Positions 31,160 through 42,041 of a stretch of 64,000 bases of DNA are shown in pieces. Within the stretch, counting starts at the first letter, position 1. The number at the start of each line of letters is the position of its first letter. A program made the translations under genes and the position numbers. The notes under the pieces were generated by a model that was not told where the DNA came from, ran no database searches, and worked only from the letters and a program-made list of their open reading frames with translations. This DNA comes from Nitrospirales bacterium (GTDB lineage Bacteria; Nitrospirota; Nitrospiria; Nitrospirales; UBA8639), in assembly GCA_965223295.1 (NCBI GenBank), contig CBDCWC010000002.1, positions 160,001 through 224,000 on the forward strand, written 5' to 3'.

Positions 31160-33292
31160 ATGATCGTTAAACGTCTCCTGCTTTTCATCCCTCTCGTCTT
31201 GGTTCTTCTGCTTCTCCAGTCTTATTTTTGGGTACCAACCTACGAAAACCAAGCCGCTGGTAATCCCGATCGTCTGGTCACCTACATTGAAGGGTCCAGT
31301 GGAGATGCCAAACTACTGAATCCTATCCTGAACGCTGATATGTCGAGTGCCAATATTGTGGCGCAGGTGTTTGAAGGGCTGTTGGATATGGACGAGAATC
31401 TTGATCTTCGTGGTCGGCTGGCCACAGATTGGGAAATTTCTGAACGGGCGTACTTGTTAGTGAACCCTCATCATCGTTTTCCTGATGGAACAGAAGTGAC
31501 CGGGACCACTCTCTTGCACCGTATTCAGCAAGCTTGGCTCAAAGGAACTGACGAAGACTTGAAACAATATGTGCAAGCACTTGAACTCTTGCCGTCGACT
31601 CAACGTGAAGAAACCGTCTCGTTATTACTGCCTAATGCGGAGGGAAAACCACAAGTTCAAGAGGTATCGATCACGGTGAATGTTCCGGATCGAGTGGGGT
31701 TCACGCTTTCCCAAGTCGATCAAGATTTATTCGATCGCCTGAAGCCAATTATTGGAGAACAGTACTTTGAGCACTTTCCATTCGATGCGATGATCCGTTA
31801 TCCAAAAGAACTTGCGAAAGAAGCAGAGGAAGCGCTTCGGGCAAAGTTCCCAGAAATTCTTCCAATCGGAGAACATAATCCGACTATTGTGTTTCATCTG
31901 AGAAAAGGCGTGTATTTTCAAGATGGGCATGAATTCGATGCGGGAGACGTGAAGTTTACATATGAAGCGATCATGAATCCCCAAAACCTCTCGCCTCGGA
32001 CGCCAGACTTCGAACCGATCAAAACGGTAGATATCATGGATCCGTATACGGTGAAAATTATTTATAAACGATTGTACTCCCCCGCGATTAATGCGTGGTT
32101 TATGGGTATTCTTCCAGAGCATTTGCTCAATGAGGCTGCGTTGACTCGCGAAAAACAACAGCGAGGCTTATCCAAAGAAGCACAAGAAACCTTTGGCATG
32201 CGCGACAGTCAATTTAATCGAAAGCCTGTGGGCAGTGGGCGTTTTCAGTTTGTGGAATGGCAGGGAGATGAATTTATTCATCTCAAGCGGTTTGATGACT
32301 ATTGGGAAGGGCCTACGCAGTATCGGGATTATTATATGCGGATTATTCCCGAACTGTTTACTCAGGAAGTCGAATTTCGAACCGGAGCAATTGATTTTTA
32401 TAGTGCGCTGCCACATCAAGTAGAACGTTATAAAAATGATCCCACATATCAATGGTTTTCGAGTTTGAGCTTTGCCTATAACTATATCGGCTACAACATT
32501 CGAAAACCCTTGTTTGCTGAAGCAGACATTCGGAGAGCTTTAGGTATGGCCATCAATGTCGAGGAAATTATTCAATATTTGGTGTACAAAGAAGGCGAAC
32601 GCGTGACCGGGCCGTATCCAAAAAATACAGAATGGTATGATCACACCATTCAACCGCTTCCGTACGACCCCGAAGGAGCACAAGCGATTTTTAAACAGTA
32701 TGGGTGGGTGATCAATGAAAAGGGATGGTTAGAAAAGGATGGAAAAATTTTCGAGTTCAATTTAATTACGAATAACGGAAATCCTATTCGAAAAAATTTG
32801 TTGACCATCGCTCAAAACGCCTGGAAGAAAATTGGGATAAAAGTCAATACTCAGATTTTTGAATGGGCAGTATTTTTGAGTGATTTTGTGAACACCGGGG
32901 ACTTTGATGCTGTCGTGTTAGGATGGAGTATGAATCTGAATCCTGATCTGTATCAGATTTGGCATTCGAGTCAGGCGGGTCCTCAGCAATTGAATTTTGT
33001 GGGTTATGAGAGTCAGCGGGCGGATGAACTCATTGTCCGGATTCGACAAGAATATAACCGAGACCGACGACGTGAACTTGCACATGAACTACATCGATTA
33101 ATCCATGAAGATCAACCCTATACATTTTTGTATGGTCCCTTAAGCACACGAGTGTTGGATAAGAAAATTGTCCTGGTGGAACAAGGAGAAGATGGCCAAG
33201 AGCACTACCAAAAGATTTATCCCCTCAAGAGCGGAGACATTAATTTTCATTTTCACAAATGGCGCAAACTGGCATTTACCCCAGATTTTTAG
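31160..33292 (+). CDS. Peptide/nickel ABC transporter substrate-binding protein (family 5)
   Basis: LNPIL, LATDW, FHLRKGVYFQDG, DVKFT, PVGSGRF, RRALGMAIN; long insertion after LATDWEIS. Confidence 0.92.
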   Translation: MIVKRLLLFIPLVLVLLLLQSYFWVPTYENQAAGNPDRLVTYIEGSSGDAKLLNPILNADMSSANIVAQVFEGLLDMDENLDLRGRLATDWEISERAYLLVNPHHRFPDGTEVTGTTLLHRIQQAWLKGTDEDLKQYVQALELLPSTQREETVSLLLPNAEGKPQVQEVSITVNVPDRVGFTLSQVDQDLFDRLKPIIGEQYFEHFPFDAMIRYPKELAKEAEEALRAKFPEILPIGEHNPTIVFHLRKGVYFQDGHEFDAGDVKFTYEAIMNPQNLSPRTPDFEPIKTVDIMDPYTVKIIYKRLYSPAINAWFMGILPEHLLNEAALTREKQQRGLSKEAQETFGMRDSQFNRKPVGSGRFQFVEWQGDEFIHLKRFDDYWEGPTQYRDYYMRIIPELFTQEVEFRTGAIDFYSALPHQVERYKNDPTYQWFSSLSFAYNYIGYNIRKPLFAEADIRRALGMAINVEEIIQYLVYKEGERVTGPYPKNTEWYDHTIQPLPYDPEGAQAIFKQYGWVINEKGWLEKDGKIFEFNLITNNGNPIRKNLLTIAQNAWKKIGIKVNTQIFEWAVFLSDFVNTGDFDAVVLGWSMNLNPDLYQIWHSSQAGPQQLNFVGYESQRADELIVRIRQEYNRDRRRELAHELHRLIHEDQPYTFLYGPLSTRVLDKKIVLVEQGEDGQEHYQKIYPLKSGDINFHFHKWRKLAFTPDF

Positions 33293-33334
33293 AGCATGAA
33301 ACGCATCTAGTGCCTTGTTAGGAGCGAATCGAGG

Positions 33335-34297
33335 ATGTGGAATTTTATTCTTCGGAATATTGGACAACGATTGATTTTACTGATCATTGTGTCCTTCGTC
33401 GCACATTCCTTTATTCATTTGGCCCCTGGGGAGCCTAGCGAGGTTGATCCCATGAATCCCCGGATGAAACCTGAAGACATTGCTAAGATTCGCGCGGCGT
33501 TCCATTTGGATGATCCGCTACATGTGCAGTATGGCTATTGGATTCGGGATCTAGCGTCGGGAGAGTTAAAATCGTTTAAGGATAGTCAGCCAGTTCTTCC
33601 GAAAATTTGGGATCGGTTTCTCAATTCTCTTCCTTTATTTATCTTAGGCACAATTTTAGTGTGGACGCTGGCTTTTCCGACCGGAATTTATGGAGCTGTG
33701 TTTCGAGGTGGAGGCTATGACCGAATTTCGGTGTTTTTGTCCTATGCTCTGATTTCCATTCCACCGTTTTTCTTATCCTATCTGGCGATCATGTGGGTAG
33801 TGGGATGGTTCGGTGTCCCAGTGATTAGCATTAAAACGTTTGGGATGGAGAATGCAGAGCCAGCATATAAAATTATGGATCGCGTATGGCATCTTGTTAT
33901 TCCGTCTATTATGACGGCTATTGGAGGCATTGCCGTGTTGTCCCGATATGTGCGGTCCCAAATGTTAGAGGTCTTAAGCCAGGACTACGTGCGGACGGCT
34001 AGAGCTAAAGGTCTTGAAGAAGACACGGTGATTTACTCGCATGCCCTTGGAAATGCCTTACTCCCATTTGTGACCATGTTTGGTCTTTTACTCCCAGGAC
34101 TCATTGGTGGATCTGTCATCTTTGAGCAGATTTTTGCATGGCCAGGGTTAGGGCGACTGGCGTATGAAGCCATTTTATCGCGGGATTTCCCGGTCATTAT
34201 GACCCTAAATTTTATTGCCGCAGTCTTGACATTAGCGGGCACCTTACTCTCGGATATTCTTTATGCCGTCGTGGATCCAAGAATTCGTTTGCATTAA
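33335..34297 (+). CDS. Peptide ABC transporter permease (OppB/DppB-like)
   Basis: DYVRTARAKGL, IFAWPGLG, YAVVDPRI. Confidence 0.95.
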   Translation: MWNFILRNIGQRLILLIIVSFVAHSFIHLAPGEPSEVDPMNPRMKPEDIAKIRAAFHLDDPLHVQYGYWIRDLASGELKSFKDSQPVLPKIWDRFLNSLPLFILGTILVWTLAFPTGIYGAVFRGGGYDRISVFLSYALISIPPFFLSYLAIMWVVGWFGVPVISIKTFGMENAEPAYKIMDRVWHLVIPSIMTAIGGIAVLSRYVRSQMLEVLSQDYVRTARAKGLEEDTVIYSHALGNALLPFVTMFGLLLPGLIGGSVIFEQIFAWPGLGRLAYEAILSRDFPVIMTLNFIAAVLTLAGTLLSDILYAVVDPRIRLH

Positions 34298-34324
34298 TGG
34301 AGAGTCATTGAAAGCTAGGTATTC

Positions 34325-35317
34325 ATGAGCAGCCCTCAATCATCGGCTTTGAGCCAAGAGCCTAGGCTTTCGCTTGATCCAGAAGCTATGGCTCCTCCGG
34401 AAACTCCATGGCAGGAGTTTCTTCGTATCTTTAAAAAGGATTACCAGGCATTCTTTGGATTCTGGATCTTGATCGTGTTGTTGTTGACGGCATTTGTCGG
34501 GAAAGCCCTGACCGAATGGTGGGTGGTGTTTGATCCGGAGGTTGTCCGGCTAACCGATAAGTTTCTTCCTCCTTTTTCAGTGCCGTCAGCCGATAGTCTT
34601 TCGAGTGATCGACCGTTTGGTGGAGTGTATCTCATGGGAACTGATGAGCTAGGACGAGATGTGTTTGCTCGAATGTTCCAAGGGTCTTTTGTGTCGTTGT
34701 CAGTTGGTTTTGTAGCGGTAGGGATATCTCTAACCATTGGAATCCTGTTGGGAGGGTTAGCTGGATATTATGGTCAGGTCACGTTGGGTTTTATCACGGT
34801 CGATACACTCATCATGCGTTTCACCGACGCCATGATGTGTTTCCCAGTTTTTTTCCTTATCCTAACGGCTATAGCGTTAAGTACACCAAGTATTTTCACC
34901 ATTATGGTTATCATCGGGATTTTTGGTTGGATGGGGACGGCACGTTTTGTCCGTGCGGAATTTTTGTCGATTCGAGAATTAGACTATGTGACCGCTGCAA
35001 AGGCATTGGGAATTTCGGAAGGCCGGATTATTTTTCGCCATATGGTACCGAATGCCCTCGCGCCTGTTTTTGTCTCGGCGACGTTAGGTGTGGCCTCAGC
35101 TATTCTGACAGAGTCCAGTTTGAGTTTTTTAGGTTTTGGCGTCCCGCCGCCTTATGCGACATGGGGCAATATTCTGTCGGATGGGAAAGGATTTATTTTT
35201 GACGCGCCGTGGCTCTTTTTTATTCCCGGCCTGGCCATCTTTGTCGTGGTGCTGGCATTTAATCTTGTGGGTGAGGGGTTACGTGAAGCTCTTAATCCTA
35301 AATTGAGAAGTCGCTAA
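34325..35317 (+). CDS. Peptide ABC transporter permease (OppC/DppC-like)
   Basis: GTDELGRDV, DYVTAAKALG, ESSLSFLGFG, NLVGEGLREALNP. Confidence 0.95.
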   Translation: MSSPQSSALSQEPRLSLDPEAMAPPETPWQEFLRIFKKDYQAFFGFWILIVLLLTAFVGKALTEWWVVFDPEVVRLTDKFLPPFSVPSADSLSSDRPFGGVYLMGTDELGRDVFARMFQGSFVSLSVGFVAVGISLTIGILLGGLAGYYGQVTLGFITVDTLIMRFTDAMMCFPVFFLILTAIALSTPSIFTIMVIIGIFGWMGTARFVRAEFLSIRELDYVTAAKALGISEGRIIFRHMVPNALAPVFVSATLGVASAILTESSLSFLGFGVPPPYATWGNILSDGKGFIFDAPWLFFIPGLAIFVVVLAFNLVGEGLREALNPKLRSR

Positions 35318-36298
35318 ATGGAATCCAAAGTCCATCCTTTGTTACAAGTCGAAAATCTTCGGACATCGTTTTTTACCGATAAGGGCGAAATTAAAGCCGT
35401 GGATGACGTAAGTTTTGTGCTTCAGAGCGGACGAACGCTAGCTTTAGTAGGGGAGTCGGGTTGCGGCAAGTCGGTCACGGCTTTATCGGTCATGCGATTA
35501 CTGTCCTCGCCTGGGCGTGTGGTTGGCGGGACCATAAATTTTCAGGGACGAGATCTGCTGAGTCTGCCTGAGTCAGCGATGCGTCAGATACGAGGTAAGT
35601 CTATTGCCATGGTGTTTCAAGAGCCAATGACATCTTTGAATCCGGTGATGCGAATTGGTGATCAGGTTGGGGAAGTCTTGAGTATTCATACCGATTTGTC
35701 GAGTCGTGCAATTAGGCAAGAAGTCATTAGTCTTTTGGAGAAAGTGCGCATTGCCTCGCCAGAGGACCGAATCGATCAATATCCTCACGAAATGTCTGGT
35801 GGTATGAAGCAACGGGTCATGATTGCCATGGCTTTAGCCTGCAAGCCGGACTTGTTAATCGCCGATGAACCCACCACAGCGTTAGATGTGACGATTCAAG
35901 CACAAATTCTTGAGTTGTTGGCAGACCTGCAAAAAGATTTAGGCATGGCTATTTTGCTCATCACGCATAATCTTGGAGTGGTAGCGCAATTTGCACAAGA
36001 GGTGATTGTGATGTATGCCAGTAAAATCGCCGAACGGGCAGAGGTTCAAAGGCTTTTTCAGCAACCGAGTCATCCCTATACGCGTGCGCTCTTAAAATCG
36101 TTGCCGCGTCCTGGGGAACGACAGGAGCGGTTGGAAGCTATTCCAGGCACGGTCCCGTCACCTTTGCAATATCCTCAAGGATGCCATTTTTCATCACGAT
36201 GCAGCGAAGTCTTGGATCATTGTCCCACTCAGCCTCCCCCAAGGATTCAAGTGGGTGAGGCACATGAAGCTGTTTGTTGGCTGCATGAAACAAAATGA
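35318..36298 (+). CDS. Peptide ABC transporter ATPase (OppD/DppD-like)
   Basis: [28 protein letters not shown]-terminal Cys motif. Confidence 0.95.
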   Translation: MESKVHPLLQVENLRTSFFTDKGEIKAVDDVSFVLQSGRTLALVGESGCGKSVTALSVMRLLSSPGRVVGGTINFQGRDLLSLPESAMRQIRGKSIAMVFQEPMTSLNPVMRIGDQVGEVLSIHTDLSSRAIRQEVISLLEKVRIASPEDRIDQYPHEMSGGMKQRVMIAMALACKPDLLIADEPTTALDVTIQAQILELLADLQKDLGMAILLITHNLGVVAQFAQEVIVMYASKIAERAEVQRLFQQPSHPYTRALLKSLPRPGERQERLEAIPGTVPSPLQYPQGCHFSSRCSEVLDHCPTQPPPRIQVGEAHEAVCWLHETK

Positions 36299-36406
36299 AT
36301 ATGTGGTTAATCGTTTCCTCTTATCCCTTCGAGGAAGAGGAAGGATAAAAACTAGATCGAAAAGTTTTCTCGAACCTTCTCGAACCGTAGAGATCGCTAA
36401 GCATTC

Positions 36407-37393
36407 ATGACACAATCCTCATCTCCACTTCTTCAAGTCACTGGACTTAAGAAATATTTCCCTGTGCGAAGTGGAATTTTTTCGAGAGTCTCAGCTTGGG
36501 TTAAGGCGGTTGATGATATTACTCTGCATGTAAATCACGGCGAAACACTAGGGTTGGTTGGCGAGTCGGGTTGCGGTAAAACAACAGTTGGCCGTTCCAT
36601 TCTTCGGCTCATGGAACCGACTGCTGGGGAAATCACATTTGAAGGAGAAGATGTTTTGGCTCTCAAGCCGCGGGAGTTGAGACAAGCCCGGCGGCGAATG
36701 CAAATCATCTTTCAAGATCCGTATAGTTCGCTTAATCCCCGGATGACGATTGGGGCAATTGTTTCAGAGCCGCTGGTCATTCACAAAATTGCCAAAGGGG
36801 AAGAATTGCAGGAACGGGTCAATCAATTGTTTGTAAAGGTTGGGCTTCGGCCGGAGCATCAAACCCGCTATCCTCATGAATTTTCTGGCGGACAGCGTCA
36901 ACGGGTAGGGATCGCTCGTGCGTTAGCCCTTAATCCGAAGTTTATTGTGTGCGATGAAGCGGTGTCAGCGTTGGACGTTTCTATTCAAGCCCAAATATTG
37001 AACCTGCTTCGTGATCTCCAGCAAGAATTTTCCTTGTCCTATCTTTTTATTACGCATGATCTGAATGTGGTGCAATATTTAGCCGATCGAATTGCCGTGA
37101 TGTATTTGGGACAATTGGCAGAGATCGCTCCCACAGAAGATCTCTTTACAATGCCCAAACATCCCTACACCCAAGCACTGTTATCGGCTAATCCTGTGCC
37201 GGATCCGACAGCCGTGTCCAAAAGAACGATTCTTTCCGGCGATGTCCCGTCCCCATTAAATCCTCCCAATGGCTGCCGTTTTCATCCCCGGTGCCCCGAA
37301 GTCATGGATATCTGCAAAACCACCAATCCGCCCCTCATCACCATAGGTCCACAAGATCGAGGGCACCAAGTTTGGTGCCATCTGCATTTCTGA
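36407..37393 (+). CDS. Peptide ABC transporter ATPase (OppF/DppF-like)
   Basis: [34 protein letters not shown]. Confidence 0.95.
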   Translation: MTQSSSPLLQVTGLKKYFPVRSGIFSRVSAWVKAVDDITLHVNHGETLGLVGESGCGKTTVGRSILRLMEPTAGEITFEGEDVLALKPRELRQARRRMQIIFQDPYSSLNPRMTIGAIVSEPLVIHKIAKGEELQERVNQLFVKVGLRPEHQTRYPHEFSGGQRQRVGIARALALNPKFIVCDEAVSALDVSIQAQILNLLRDLQQEFSLSYLFITHDLNVVQYLADRIAVMYLGQLAEIAPTEDLFTMPKHPYTQALLSANPVPDPTAVSKRTILSGDVPSPLNPPNGCRFHPRCPEVMDICKTTNPPLITIGPQDRGHQVWCHLHF

Positions 37394-37409
37394 ATATAAC
37401 AATATTATA

Positions 37410-37479
37410 AGGGGTCAGACTCGAATTAATGCTCTCAGAAACCATATTTATTTATGGATTTAATTCGAGTCTGACCCCT
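37410..37479. repeat. REP/REPIN-like inverted repeat with a 30-bp spacer
   Basis: AGGGGTCAGACTCGAATTAA...TTAATTCGAGTCTGACCCCT; same arms as at 45481. Confidence 0.85.
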
Positions 37480-37565
37480 AAAATGTGGTTGCGAGGGTGC
37501 GGAATTGGCCCGTATAATCATCATCTTTGACGCATTATTCTTTATTTTCAAGATTGGACCTTTGT

Positions 37566-38834
37566 ATGAGTACTGAGACGGTGGAAAAAGATTCAAAAAA
37601 TTATCCGGTCCTGAGAAATTTGCAGTATTCGCCTCTGAAGCAAGGGGAAGAGCAATATATTGTGTTGTGGGACCCAACCGGTTTGTCCGCTGAAAAGCTT
37701 GTCTTGCCGCTGAACTACTTTTATCTGTTTCAATTTTTTGATGGAGAGCATTCTTTAGAACAGGTCGGCGGGGAATACCTGAAGAAATATGGTGAATTCA
37801 TGATGCCTGATCATCTCACCAAATTGGTGGCAGATTTGGATGAGAAGTTATTCTTGGAAGGTGATCGGCTCAAGCGGGTTCAGCAGCAGGCATTTGAGGC
37901 CTATCGAAAACTGGAAGTGAGGCCGATGGCCTTTGCTGGGAAACAATATGAAGCGGATCCAGTCAAATTGCGCGAACAGATTGACGAATTTTATGCCTCC
38001 AAGGAAGGGCCGGAAAAGGGAAAAGCAGAATGTGCGGGACAGTTGATCAAAGGCTTAGTGGCTCCCAATTTTGATGTAAAGGAGGCGGGGCCTATCTATG
38101 CTTGGGGATATCAAGAATTACAGGAGGGTCAGGTTCCGGATGTGTTTGTGATGATCGGTACCTGCCACGCTGGGCTTGAAGGGGGCATCGCCTTGACGGA
38201 TAAGGATTTTGAAACGCCGTTTGGAATGGTGCCAGTGAATCGAGCGATTCTGGATTCCATTCGGCAAGAAGCTGGTGATACGTTTTTTGCTGAAGATATC
38301 TCGCATCTTCGGGAGCATAGCTTGGAATTACAGTTGCCGTTTCTTCAGCATGCCGTTGGCGAAGGACGGGATATTTCTATTGTACCGATTCTTGTCGATT
38401 TTCCACCCGAGACATTAACTGGTGGGGACTATCAACAGCTTTTTCATCGAATCGATCAATTTTTGACTATCACCAAGCGCGCTATCAAAACCAGTGGTCA
38501 ACAAGTTTGTGTGGTTGGTAGTGCTGACCTGGCGCATATCGGTATTCGGTATGGCGATAAAACGCCACCCACAGATTTTTCCTTTCATCGTTGTATGCAG
38601 ATTGATCTAGAAATGTTGAAGAAAGTTGAAGAGGTTGATCCCGAAGGGTTTGCGGAGTTTATTCTGAAGGAAGGGAATCAACGCCGGATCTTAGGGTTTT
38701 CGGTTATATTTACGTTGATGAAACTATTGCAGCGGGATAGTGAACCTCTCAAGGGGCAGGTGTTACGGTATGATCGAGGTATCACAGATCAGTTTAATTC
38801 AACGGTGACGTATGCTTCTATCGCGTTTGTCTGA
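37566..38834 (+). CDS. MEMO1 / AmmeMemoRadiSam protein B family protein
   Basis: DFETPFG, EHSLELQLPFLQ, SADLAHIG, STVTYASI; N-terminal extension; start at MSTETV. Confidence 0.88.
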   Translation: MSTETVEKDSKNYPVLRNLQYSPLKQGEEQYIVLWDPTGLSAEKLVLPLNYFYLFQFFDGEHSLEQVGGEYLKKYGEFMMPDHLTKLVADLDEKLFLEGDRLKRVQQQAFEAYRKLEVRPMAFAGKQYEADPVKLREQIDEFYASKEGPEKGKAECAGQLIKGLVAPNFDVKEAGPIYAWGYQELQEGQVPDVFVMIGTCHAGLEGGIALTDKDFETPFGMVPVNRAILDSIRQEAGDTFFAEDISHLREHSLELQLPFLQHAVGEGRDISIVPILVDFPPETLTGGDYQQLFHRIDQFLTITKRAIKTSGQQVCVVGSADLAHIGIRYGDKTPPTDFSFHRCMQIDLEMLKKVEEVDPEGFAEFILKEGNQRRILGFSVIFTLMKLLQRDSEPLKGQVLRYDRGITDQFNSTVTYASIAFV

Positions 38835-39022
38835 GAAATGTATTGAACGACTTTCTCGTCTTGTTTTTGGCAGGAGGGGGCACCGTCAAAATTCCTGGCT
38901 GCGAAGGCAGGCAGGCATTTTCAAAACGCGCAAGATGGAGACCCGATAGAAAATGTCAAGGTTGACTAAAGAGAACTTCCTGACTTTTTCGTCTTTCTTA
39001 CTTGATCCTTTGTTACTTTGAG

Positions 39023-39556
39023 CTATTCCTCAGCGCGAATCGTCATTCTTACAGGGTCTAAGGGATTGTCTCGTTCATCCCGAGGCCCGGCGACGATCTG
39101 ATCGACTACATCCATCCCTTTAACGACCCTGCCAAAGACCGAATAAGTACGGTCAAGGCTGCCCTGATCTTCCACACAAATAAAAAATTGTGAGCCACTA
39201 TCAGCAATGTCTCGCGTGGAATCTTCCGAGCGAGGTACTTTGGCCATGGATACCGCGCCTCGGCGGTGGGGTCGATCACTGGTTTCTGGCGGGAGGCTAA
39301 ATCCAGGTCCTCCTGTGCCATGTAGACTCCGGTTTGGATTTTTACTCTGTGGGTCTCCGCCCTGGATAAGGAATCCGGGGATGACCCGGTGAAACGACTG
39401 GCCATCAAAAAATTTCAATCTAGCAAGATTCAAAAAGTTCTCGACATGACGTGGGGCATCGTCCGTAAAAAATCGGATCTCAATGTCTCCCAATGATGTG
39501 GAAATCACCGCTTTGGGATTTTTCTTTTGGAATTGTACTGCAGGTGGCGTTGACAC
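39023..39556 (-). CDS. Cyclophilin-type peptidyl-prolyl cis-trans isomerase
   Basis: APRHVENF, FHRVIPGFLIQGGDP, GTGGPG, RGAVSMA, SGSQFFI, YSVFGRV; start uncertain (frame open to 39733). Confidence 0.92.
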   Translation of the reverse strand: MSTPPAVQFQKKNPKAVISTSLGDIEIRFFTDDAPRHVENFLNLARLKFFDGQSFHRVIPGFLIQGGDPQSKNPNRSLHGTGGPGFSLPPETSDRPHRRGAVSMAKVPRSEDSTRDIADSGSQFFICVEDQGSLDRTYSVFGRVVKGMDVVDQIVAGPRDERDNPLDPVRMTIRAEE

Positions 39557-39953
39557 AGCCCCGCACTCTACCAAGCTCCTGTAACGGGCATCAACCCTTG
39601 TATGGTACAGGTTGGGATGAGTCTTGACACAAGGATTTGTCACTAAGAGACCTTGTATTTTTTGAGGAAAGTATGGGGTGGAATGAGATTTTGATCGTAT
39701 TGCATAGAGACCGTAACGTGATTGTTCAGGCACGAAATGTCAGTTTCTTTGAGAAACCGAATGGTTGGAGGATTTTTCTTCTTGCTGTCCGGTTTTTGAT
39801 TGTATCTATGACAGTTGCCGAAAGACTGTCGGGTTATGAGGTCGTCAATTTCCAGTAAGTTGTTAGTTTGTATGATTTTGACATGTGTGGTGGTCCTATT
39901 CTTTATGAAATCCACACCTTATTTTGAAGCAAGAATAAATTTGAAAAATTGGA

Positions 39954-39980
39954 TAAAGTTTTTTGGGTACTTTCCGATCA
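39954..39980 (+). promoter_or_regulatory. Putative sigma28 promoter upstream of the riboswitch and repeat-protein gene
   Basis: TAAAGTTT-N11-TCCGATCA with a perfect -35. Confidence 0.55.
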
Positions 39981-40231
39981 TTACTCTTTAAGCGAGTCGA
40001 AGAATGTTTCCATAAAACCCCCTCGATGTTGAGTGAAATTATATGCGGAGAGGGTAGGAAGCATTCTCATGCGTTGTTCTAAGATGTTTTACTATTTGAA
40101 AGTATGGGACTTCTTGTATTCAGTGGGTTGGGCTCAGAGGCTAGCGATAACTTGAATAGAGTCGTTCCCGTGTTTAGCCACCGTTTTATGAAGAGAAAGT
40201 GTATGAGTTTGTAAACCGTTCATCTCGAAGG

Positions 40232-40321
40232 TTCCTTCTCGAAATGGCAAACCCATCGTGAGGTGGGGACGCAAAGCCACGGGTCAAATTTTTTGATAGC
40301 CGGGTTGCCGAAAGTAAGGAA
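40232..40321 (+). ncRNA. c-di-GMP-I (GEMM) riboswitch aptamer
   Basis: TCGAAAT-GGCAAACCCATC-GTGA-GGTGGGGACGCAAAGCCACGGGTCAAA-TTTTTTGATAGCCGGGTTGCCGA, with extended P1 TTCCTT/AAGGAA. Confidence 0.95.
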
Positions 40322-40374
40322 TGCGTTCTGTTGTTTGATGGAGCCTTCGCCTCGATGTCATAAAGGAGGGTTCC

Positions 40375-41910
40375 ATGAAATCGATTTCTTGCCTGCTAAA
40401 AACCACCAGCCTTTTTATATTTGGTTGCTATATAACCTTACTTGCGGCCAATCCAGTTCTTGGAGAAACTTCCGTGAAGCTTAACTGGGACCCTAATCAA
40501 GAAAGTGATCTAGCAGGCTATGAAGTATTTCGAGGGACCACGTCAGGTCAGTATGGTGCGCCTCAAGATGTGGGGCTAAAAACAGAGTTTATCACCTCAA
40601 ATCTTGATCCTGCCAAGATACATTATTTTGTCGTACGGGCCTATGATCAGGCTGGGAATAAGAGTGTGCCATCGGATGAGGTATTTAAATCGTTCTTTCA
40701 AAATGGTGGGGGAACAGGCGGTTCCTTTCCTCCGCCGATGGCTGAGCCTGCACCAGGCACGACGTTGACCAGTACGTCGATAACCTTTAAGGGAGGTCAT
40801 ACAAGTCAGGATTTAGAACACTGGCTTTGGGTCGGTTCCAGTGTAGGCACGAAAGATCTCCATAACAGTGGGTCAATGGGTACCGGGCACACCAGGACAG
40901 TTTCCGGGCTTCCGAAGAGTGGTTCAATTTATGTTCAGTGGTGGACTCGCAACAGCAGTGGATGGAAACTATCAAACCACACCTACAAAATGAATGTTGC
41001 CAGTAGTGGTGGGGGCGGCGGTACGATATCCTTCCCGCCACCGATGGCCGAACCTGTGCCTGGCTCGACGTTAACCAGTACCTCAGTGACGTTTGTGGGT
41101 GGTCATACTAGTCAGGATACTGCGCACTGGCTTGATATAGGCACCCATGTGGGGGGTAACGACCTCCACAACAGTGGCCAGCTGAGCAGCACAACCCATA
41201 CTTCGAAAGTGTCTGGGCTTCCAAAGAGTGGGACAATTTATGTCCGGTGGTGGAGTCTCAATAGTAGCGGTTGGAAGAACCAGGATCACACCTACAAAAT
41301 GAATGTTGCCGGGGGCGGCGGTACGATATCCTTTCCGCCACCGATGGCCGAACCTGTGCCGGGAACGACGTTGACCAGTACCTCAGTGACCTTTAAGGGC
41401 AATCATTCAAGCCAGGACTTGGAACATTGGCTATACGTGGGGACCGGTGTCGGCGCGAAGAATCTTTATAACAGTAAATCGATGGGCACCGGCCATACGA
41501 AGACGGTTTCTGGGCTTCCCAAGAGTGGGACAATTTATGTTCGATGGTGGAGTCGCAACAGTAGCGGCTGGAAGAGCCAGGACCATAGCTATACAATGAA
41601 TGTCGCTGGGGGCGGCGGTACGATATCCTTTCCGCCACCGATGGCCGAACCTGTCCCGGGCTCGACGTTAACCAGTACCTCAGTGACCTTTAAGGGCAAT
41701 CATTCAAGCCAGGACTTGGAACATTGGCTATACGTGGGGACCGGTGTCGGCGCGAAGAATCTTTATAACAGTAAATCGATGGGCACCGGCCATACGAAGA
41801 CGGTTTCTGGGCTTCCCAAGAGTGGGACAATTTATGTTCGATGGTGGAGTCGCAATAGTAGCGGCTGGAAGAGCCAGGACCATACGTACAAGATGAATGT
41901 TGGGAACTAG
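40375..41910 (+). CDS. Secreted protein: FN3 domain plus four tandem ~100-aa beta-rich repeats
   Basis: Signal peptide; LNWDPNQESDLAGY...YFVVRAYDQAGNKS (FN3); 4x FPPPMAEPxPGxTLTSTS...VSGLPKSGxIYVxWW; RBS AGGAGG. Confidence 0.9.
   Translation: MKSISCLLKTTSLFIFGCYITLLAANPVLGETSVKLNWDPNQESDLAGYEVFRGTTSGQYGAPQDVGLKTEFITSNLDPAKIHYFVVRAYDQAGNKSVPSDEVFKSFFQNGGGTGGSFPPPMAEPAPGTTLTSTSITFKGGHTSQDLEHWLWVGSSVGTKDLHNSGSMGTGHTRTVSGLPKSGSIYVQWWTRNSSGWKLSNHTYKMNVASSGGGGGTISFPPPMAEPVPGSTLTSTSVTFVGGHTSQDTAHWLDIGTHVGGNDLHNSGQLSSTTHTSKVSGLPKSGTIYVRWWSLNSSGWKNQDHTYKMNVAGGGGTISFPPPMAEPVPGTTLTSTSVTFKGNHSSQDLEHWLYVGTGVGAKNLYNSKSMGTGHTKTVSGLPKSGTIYVRWWSRNSSGWKSQDHSYTMNVAGGGGTISFPPPMAEPVPGSTLTSTSVTFKGNHSSQDLEHWLYVGTGVGAKNLYNSKSMGTGHTKTVSGLPKSGTIYVRWWSRNSSGWKSQDHTYKMNVGN
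40717..41907 (+). repeat. Intragenic tandem repeat, four units of about 297-300 bp
   Basis: Units start near 40717, 41011, 41311 and 41608; units 3 and 4 are nearly identical in DNA. Confidence 0.92.
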
Positions 41911-42004
41911 AAAGAAATATTTAAAAAGCATTCGGTCTGAAGTTTTCTTGGAATTAGCAATGAGGTATGATCTCAGAGGCTGAAGAAGAAAGAGTTTGAG
42001 TTTC

Positions 42005-42041
42005 GGTAGCCCCGCCCTTTGGGCGGGGCTATACCCGTTTT
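42005..42041 (+). terminator. GC-rich hairpin, probable terminator
   Basis: TAGCCCCGCCC-TTT-GGGCGGGGCTA about 95 nt after the repeat-protein gene. Confidence 0.6.

Noticed and set aside
40717..41907. Near-identical repeats as a DGR template/variable pair or a CRISPR array
   Set aside because: In-frame coding units of about 300 bp; differences are not adenine-specific; no reverse transcriptase or cas genes.
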